From the NCBI GenBank assembly GCA_964483625.1, contig CAZABB010000001.1:67222-131221 (forward strand): DNA of 64,000 nt, given 5' to 3'. The position numbers were made by a program, and so were the translations under genes. The DNA comes from an uncultured Planctomycetia bacterium. GTDB lineage: Bacteria; Omnitrophota; Gorgyraeia; Duberdicusellales; 4484-171. The notes under the pieces were generated by a model. The model had not been told where the DNA came from. It worked only from the letters and a program-made list of their open reading frames with translations, and ran no database searches. Shown here piece by piece: positions 58,350-64,000 of the stretch. Position 1 is the stretch's first letter; every line of letters starts with the position of its first letter.

Positions 58350-59472
58350 CCCGATCTCCATCCAGTTCTGCAAGGTACCCCTCTAAAACGTCCACCCCTT
58401 TGACGAGATTGGAAACCTTCACGTATTCATTGACACTATGAGCGCAGCCGCTTGACCCGAATCCGAAAGCGAACGAATCAATACCCCGGTCGGTTAAAAA
58501 CGTCAGCACCGTCGCTCCGAAGCTGGGCTTGCACCGGGCGGGGATCTTTTTCTTCTTCAGCACTTTCTTCATCTTCCGTACGAGGAAATGTCCCGGTTTA
58601 ATTTCAACCGGGCACTGATGCGCTAACACCGCGATCTTATACCGGGACGTCTGACGCCTGATGGTCTTTATGATTTCAGAGATGATCCGATCTTTCTTCA
58701 GCGGCGGAACATACCGGATATCCACCTCGCACATACACCGTCCGGCGACGATATTTACTTTGTCACCGCCTTCTATCCGGCCGACATTGAGCGTTGCCTT
58801 TTTTAAAAAAGGGTGTTTCCCCTCAAGCCAGCGGCCCTTACGCATTTCCGTCAGTATCCGCGTTGTCTGCTCGATGGCATTCATTCCGCGGTCGGGATAC
58901 GCTCCGTGCGCTTCTTTTCCGAAAATATCGATCCGCAAATGAAGCAACCCTTTCTGGGCCACGATCATATTAAACTCGTTGCTATCGAGCACCAGGCCAT
59001 AATCGATATCACCCAGACGACCCAGTAACGGCCGCAACCCGTAGTCGCTTCCGGTTTCCTCATCGCAGGTAAACGCGAAAACCAAATCGACATTGTTCAG
59101 CTTTCTTTTTTTTCTAACGAGCTCTCTGATGACATACAGCGCCACCGCGACATTAGCCTTATCATCGGTCGCTCCCCGGCCGTAGATCTTTCCTCCCGCC
59201 AGCCTCCCGGAAAAGGGCGGATACCGCCACCTTCCCGTTGCCGGGACAACATCAATGTGAGGCGTTATCAATATCCTCTTCTTTTTCTGCTTCGACGCGA
59301 GCGTGCAGACGATATTCGGTCTGTTTGGTTTAAACTCGTATGTTTTCGTTTTCACGCCGAGGTCGCCCAGGTAGGTACGGATAAAATCCGCAGCACCCTT
59401 CTCCTTCCCCGGAGGGTTGGAAGAATCCCTTCTAACGAGTTCCTGCGTCAGCGCGATAATCTGATCCTTCAT
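58339..59472 (-). CDS. M20 family metallopeptidase (ArgE/DapE-like)
   Basis: S.NPPG.E, HIDVVP, YGRGATDDK, DEETG, GKEAHG, GG.KVNIV, AHSVNEY. Confidence 0.9.
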   Translation of the reverse strand: MKDQIIALTQELVRRDSSNPPGKEKGAADFIRTYLGDLGVKTKTYEFKPNRPNIVCTLASKQKKKRILITPHIDVVPATGRWRYPPFSGRLAGGKIYGRGATDDKANVAVALYVIRELVRKKRKLNNVDLVFAFTCDEETGSDYGLRPLLGRLGDIDYGLVLDSNEFNMIVAQKGLLHLRIDIFGKEAHGAYPDRGMNAIEQTTRILTEMRKGRWLEGKHPFLKKATLNVGRIEGGDKVNIVAGRCMCEVDIRYVPPLKKDRIISEIIKTIRRQTSRYKIAVLAHQCPVEIKPGHFLVRKMKKVLKKKKIPARCKPSFGATVLTFLTDRGIDSFAFGFGSSGCAHSVNEYVKVSNLVKGVDVLEGYLAELDGDRDGQ

Positions 59473-61459
59473 ATATACTCCGTAAAGAAACATCCAGGAA
59501 ACCTCCTCCTAACGGATTAAACCCTCGATAGGAGATCAAAAAATACGCGGTTGCCGCGAGTGATCCCACCCGGTCTCCTTCGGGAGTGCGCCAGCCGTGC
59601 CCGGTATCGGCGAAGCTCTGTGACGCATAGGGTAATGTCGGATACGCCTTGCCGACGGCCGAGGGCGAATTAATGACCATCTTCTGCAGTTCTTCGAAAT
59701 AGAACCGGGCCCGTTCGAAATAAAACCGAGCCTTCGTTGTGTCCCGCGGGCGGTAATCATCGGCCAGAATCTGGAGAGCGAGAATCATCTGAGCTGTCCA
59801 TTCTCCCGAAACAACCCCGCCCCGGGCGATATGCTGCGCTTTGGCAAAATCAAAGCCGGTCACCGCGACGGCATCGTCCCCACGGCGAAACGTTACGTCT
59901 ACCTCACAATGCTTCACTGCGAATTCAATGATTTCTTCCGGATCCATATTATATTCCCGCAACGTTTCCGGCCCCAGAGCGGTAATTGACCAGGTATAGG
60001 TATCGGTTGCGATCGTCGCGTCACCGCGGCCCCGGTTAATCGGAACCGGGTGATGAGTATATGCGTATCGATCAAGCCACTTATCGACACGACGGCCGTA
60101 TCGATTGTACCGCTGGTCCCCGGTAACACGGGCCAACAGCTTGAAAAATGCCGAAGCATCGAGATTGTGTTCGGTAGAATACCAGGTAACGTCCGGCCCG
60201 CCTTTAATTCCGCCTTCGGAATCCATCAAATCCAGCAAAAGCCGGGAGACTTCTTCGGCGATTTTCAGATACCGCGTGTCTCCGGTCAGTTCGACATAGT
60301 GCAGCGCCGCCAGTCCAACCCAGGCATTGGGGCCGGCATGGATCACATATTCAAATACATCTCCGTTGGTATAATACGCGTTATATATATTTTGATTCTG
60401 TCCGATACGATCCAGATAAAAAGCGAGGATCCTCTCTGTTCGTTCCGGCTCTCCCGATATCAGAAACGTGATCGCCGCCAGGGCCTGATCATAACTGAAG
60501 GCAACCCGGGTCAAACTCTCATCTCCTTCATAACTTAGCACCAGGCCGGTACGCAGATCCTGGCGGGAAGATATCCACTGATACATTCCCGAAATAATCC
60601 GGCTCGTATAATACTGTTTTTGACGTTCTTTAGCCTCGATGTCTTGTGAAAGACGGGTCGTAAGCTTTTCCTTTTCAAGAAGCCGGCTTTTCAGTGCTTC
60701 ATTATCATGGGACAACGTCTGAATCCTTTTCTGTAAACCTTCGATTTTGGCCTGCAGTTGAGATTGGATATCGGGCTGCAGAACAGCCACTTCTTTCTGG
60801 GAACGTATCTGTTCATACTTGCCCTCCCAGACAACGAGCTGTTGATTCAATTCCCGCAATTTTCCTTCGAGATCTTGTTGCTGTTGCTGAAAGTACTCCA
60901 GAAGCTTTTTCTCGGCATCTAACGCGTTTTTGAGCGAAGAGCCTTCTTTGACTACCCGGAAATACTGAGAGAGGATCCTTTTATTTTCCCGCGCCAGACG
61001 GGTTTGCTGAATAAAAAGGAAGCTACTTGTGGCAAAGAGAGCAATAATACATATTCCCGTAACGAGAGGAACGCCTTTCTTCCATAACGCGTAACGGAAG
61101 AGAGAGCGTTTTTGCTTTTTTTCGATTCCGATAAACTCCAAACCGCAGAGACAACGGCTGAAATGTTCTCTCCGTTCCCTTTTGCGCCATACAATCTGCG
61201 CTGTGGCTGTAATGTCTTTTTTGCGTAAAGGAACTTGAAGCGTTATCTTAACATTCATCCCCAGACGCAACCGATCCCAGAAACCCCACCAGAGATCGTT
61301 GACCTCAAGACAAATACCGCCTTTACCGATATTACTTGTAAACCCCTGGAGCCAGGGAGTGATTTTTTGACCTTGGTCGTCAATCAGGACGAACTCGACA
61401 GGGAAGACCGTGGAAATCCGAAGGTATTTTCTGCGTTCGTTGCCTTGTGAATGTTTCAT
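59432..61459 (-). CDS. PilZ-domain, single-TM, coiled-coil protein with C-terminal six-hairpin glycosidase-like domain
   Basis: ERRKYLR and NIGKGGICL (PilZ), a TM helix near aa 130-150, a long coiled coil, then YDQALA / GPNAW / STEHNLD / SGEWTAQM helical domain. Confidence 0.65.
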   Translation of the reverse strand: MKHSQGNERRKYLRISTVFPVEFVLIDDQGQKITPWLQGFTSNIGKGGICLEVNDLWWGFWDRLRLGMNVKITLQVPLRKKDITATAQIVWRKRERREHFSRCLCGLEFIGIEKKQKRSLFRYALWKKGVPLVTGICIIALFATSSFLFIQQTRLARENKRILSQYFRVVKEGSSLKNALDAEKKLLEYFQQQQQDLEGKLRELNQQLVVWEGKYEQIRSQKEVAVLQPDIQSQLQAKIEGLQKRIQTLSHDNEALKSRLLEKEKLTTRLSQDIEAKERQKQYYTSRIISGMYQWISSRQDLRTGLVLSYEGDESLTRVAFSYDQALAAITFLISGEPERTERILAFYLDRIGQNQNIYNAYYTNGDVFEYVIHAGPNAWVGLAALHYVELTGDTRYLKIAEEVSRLLLDLMDSEGGIKGGPDVTWYSTEHNLDASAFFKLLARVTGDQRYNRYGRRVDKWLDRYAYTHHPVPINRGRGDATIATDTYTWSITALGPETLREYNMDPEEIIEFAVKHCEVDVTFRRGDDAVAVTGFDFAKAQHIARGGVVSGEWTAQMILALQILADDYRPRDTTKARFYFERARFYFEELQKMVINSPSAVGKAYPTLPYASQSFADTGHGWRTPEGDRVGSLAATAYFLISYRGFNPLGGGFLDVSLRSIYEGSDYRADAGTR

Positions 61460-61503
61460 ACACTGACGGCTGATCCATATAAATTAAAAGGAAACCGCCT
61501 CCC

Positions 61504-61887
61504 TTACACGGCAGACACGTTTATCCGTTTGATCTTACGAAAGAACTCTTTAAACTGCGGACTCTGCCGCACGGTGGCCAGATCGGGATCGGTAAGGATA
61601 TAGGAAAAATCGTCGTACCCCAGAAGTACCGCTTTTTTTAATTTCTGCAAGGCGTTATCTCCTTCGCCTAAAAGAGCCAGGCTGCAGGCAAGGTTATAAT
61701 GCACAATGGGATCTTCCGGCTTCAATTGTGCGAGCTTTTTGTCTATTTCCAGCCCTTCACGATAAAAGCCTTTCCGCGTATAGGCGTCCCCCAGACAGGA
61801 AAGCGCCTGAATAAAATTAGGACGGTCTTCGAGCAGCTTTTCGTAAAAGAGGATCTCGAATGTCTTTCGTTTCGATCGTCTTTTCAT
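61504..61887 (-). CDS. Small TPR protein
   Basis: ALSCLGDAY, VHYNLACSLALLG, DPDL. Confidence 0.8.
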   Translation of the reverse strand: MKRRSKRKTFEILFYEKLLEDRPNFIQALSCLGDAYTRKGFYREGLEIDKKLAQLKPEDPIVHYNLACSLALLGEGDNALQKLKKAVLLGYDDFSYILTDPDLATVRQSPQFKEFFRKIKRINVSAV

Positions 61888-61891
61888 CAGG

Positions 61892-64000
61892 TTATCCTTT
61901 CACTTTTTCCAAAATAATCTCTTCTTTGAGTAAATAAAATACTTCTTTTAACTGGCGGCGAAATTCCCTGTATTCTTTTTCGGAAACGAATCGTTTCTTT
62001 ATAACAAACTTCTGGGAAAAATCAAGAGAATTCCTCGCCCGGGCATACGTAAGGAAGAAATCGAACCATTTTGTTCGCAGCGTTGTGTTCTGAGGAAGAT
62101 GTTTAATGCGCAGATTTCCGGGGAGTGCTATCGTAACCTGCGCTTCCTTGGTAAACAGCCCCAGAAGGTCGACGGGGAAAATACGTTCTTTCTTGGCGAT
62201 GATGGACGATTTCAAATCGATCTCATTTAATACCGGAACGACACGCATGGTTTTGGCGGGATTAAGAAATTTTTCCGTACGGAACGTGTAGGATAATTCC
62301 GGAGACGCATCGAAGTTGTCGACATTGTCAATATGATATTCGATCAGTTCCGAAAAAGGAGAGATCTTCACCATTTTGCTTTCGATATCCTCCCGGATCG
62401 TATCGGGATGGGTATATTTCAGATACCACCGGTGATAGGACGTATAGGCTCCTTCGGTCGTCACCGTCCGTCTAATCTCCGCATTCTCCTGGTTATCCAG
62501 CGCTATATCCATATCATAAGAAATACGGCTGTTGGTGAGCTGGGGCGTCCGGCTTATGGTATATCCCTGGTCGGAAAAAATCATGACCGTACGATCCTGA
62601 TCAGCAATCGGCAAATCTTCGAATGAAGTAGTTTCCGCCGTAGGGTCCATGAAAACAAACGTATTACCTAAGCGAACCGCGGCAATCGCGTGGTTAAAAT
62701 TCACCGAAGGGAATTTTTCTTCGATCGGATACACATCTTCGGTGGGGATGAGTACCGGGCGAGCATCGAGCCCTGCTTCTTTCAGCATCGCCACCAGAAG
62801 GATTGCCTGATCCTTACAATCACCGTACCGGTTCAAAAAAACTTCCCGGGCATGATGGGGCTCATGCCCGCTTTCTCCGTACTCAACGGCGACATACCGG
62901 ATATTCCTGGCCACATAATTGGCGATTGCTTTTGCCTTGCGGCGCGGATCCTTGACTCCTGAGGTAAGAGAGACGACCACCTGTTCAATCTCCGGTGACA
63001 CCCCCAGCTTATCCCGGTACAAAGCATACCACCAGCGGTAAATATCCTCCCAGCTTTCAAACGAAGAAATCAACATCGCCGGATTTACGAAGGAAAGCGG
63101 AGGCATGTGCTCCTCAGGAACAATGGGCATGACGTTGCTGAAATTCCAGGCATAGGTTTTTTTATTCTCTTTCACGGTAACGACCGGATCCACATCGATC
63201 CCCTGCGCATGCTCGATGTTGAAAAATTTCACCCGGGCATCGCGGTCCTCCGGGATTGTCAGGCGAAACCCTGCTTTATAAATAGGGTGGTTTTCCCTTA
63301 GCCGGTAAAGAAAGGAAAAATCTTTGTCATTCATTAATTTTGCCGAGAAGATTTTCACTTTATATTCAATGATTGCTCCCACATCCACCGAAGGCATCGA
63401 AATAATACGGGCCCGGGCATTGCTGTACAGCGGGTAATTTAAGTACTTACTTACATCCCGGATGTTCTCTTCGCCCACATAGACGATGTTTCCTTCCGAG
63501 GTGATCGTACGAGCCGATTCCAGTTCTACCCGTTCATAGGTAGAATCGTATCCGATCTGCACTTCCGCCAATCTCTTGCCTCTTTCTTTCAACACCATCT
63601 CCACAACATGTACCGTGGAAATCGCCGTATGAGAAGAGGTGATTTCTGTTTCTTCCTGTATGGAAAGAATGATCGCGGCTTCATTGCTGACTTTTTCCAA
63701 AAACGGCGCCGCTCCCTCTTTCAGCTCCCCGATATATTCGGGGATTTCGGTTTCGATACTGACCTTGATGGCCTCGCGGCGCTCTTTCGCCCGGAGCGCA
63801 TAGGGAGGACCTACTTTAGCATAGACCTTCATCGCCTGAGGATAGAGATTTTTCTCTTCCAGTACATTCGCGTACAGAAAAAGCCCTTCCGGATCCGTTA
63901 TGTCGTCTTTGATTTGGCTAAAGACCTCCATCGCCCGGGTAAACTGGTTACCTCTGGCCAGCGCCTTGGCCAGAAGCAGCTGTTCATCGCTGCCGGCGGG
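61892..64000 (-). CDS. TPR + DUF3857 + transglutaminase-like domain protein (5' end beyond window)
   Basis: IRYVAVEYG...GDCKDQAILL, FNHAI, DPT (Cys-His-Asp triad); the frame is open to base 64000. Confidence 0.88.
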   Translation of the reverse strand, partial: PAGSDEQLLLAKALARGNQFTRAMEVFSQIKDDITDPEGLFLYANVLEEKNLYPQAMKVYAKVGPPYALRAKERREAIKVSIETEIPEYIGELKEGAAPFLEKVSNEAAIILSIQEETEITSSHTAISTVHVVEMVLKERGKRLAEVQIGYDSTYERVELESARTITSEGNIVYVGEENIRDVSKYLNYPLYSNARARIISMPSVDVGAIIEYKVKIFSAKLMNDKDFSFLYRLRENHPIYKAGFRLTIPEDRDARVKFFNIEHAQGIDVDPVVTVKENKKTYAWNFSNVMPIVPEEHMPPLSFVNPAMLISSFESWEDIYRWWYALYRDKLGVSPEIEQVVVSLTSGVKDPRRKAKAIANYVARNIRYVAVEYGESGHEPHHAREVFLNRYGDCKDQAILLVAMLKEAGLDARPVLIPTEDVYPIEEKFPSVNFNHAIAAVRLGNTFVFMDPTAETTSFEDLPIADQDRTVMIFSDQGYTISRTPQLTNSRISYDMDIALDNQENAEIRRTVTTEGAYTSYHRWYLKYTHPDTIREDIESKMVKISPFSELIEYHIDNVDNFDASPELSYTFRTEKFLNPAKTMRVVPVLNEIDLKSSIIAKKERIFPVDLLGLFTKEAQVTIALPGNLRIKHLPQNTTLRTKWFDFFLTYARARNSLDFSQKFVIKKRFVSEKEYREFRRQLKEVFYLLKEEIILEKVKG

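Overview
Bacterial chromosome segment; the gene content suggests Candidatus Omnitrophota/PVC, which is inference only. The left half (1-31.6 kb, minus strand, genes abutting or overlapping) is an apparent single operon with 19 radical-SAM genes. Fifteen are paralogs of one SPASM/twitch-type subfamily (14 in an unbroken tandem array, one frameshifted, one TPR-fused), three belong to a second subfamily, and one is B12-binding and HpnJ-like. They sit with a Wzm/Wzt-type glycan ABC exporter, a UDP-galactopyranose-mutase-like flavoprotein and a GT4. Two small ORFs missing from the ORF track (48 aa, 42 aa) lie inside the operon. A roughly 200-aa beta-rich domain occurs six times across the exporter and two radical-SAM enzymes. 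A RAYT transposase with His at the catalytic Tyr position heads the operon. A divergent operon (31.8-37.8 kb) encodes three GT4s, a GT2, a WecA/MraY-type initiating transferase and an RNase Z-like protein. The best hypothesis is a surface-glycan or glycolipid pathway with extensive radical-SAM tailoring; a RiPP role for the 48-aa peptide remains open. The right half is housekeeping: pyrR-B-C, carAB, pyrK-D-F with a PyrR attenuator, pabB/C, mutM, tRNA-Arg(CCG), rlmD, era, an M20 peptidase, a PilZ-TM-glycosidase-like protein and a DUF3857/transglutaminase protein. Several intergenic gaps carry blocks of four imperfect heptamers. All functional calls come from motif recognition by eye; no database searches were run.
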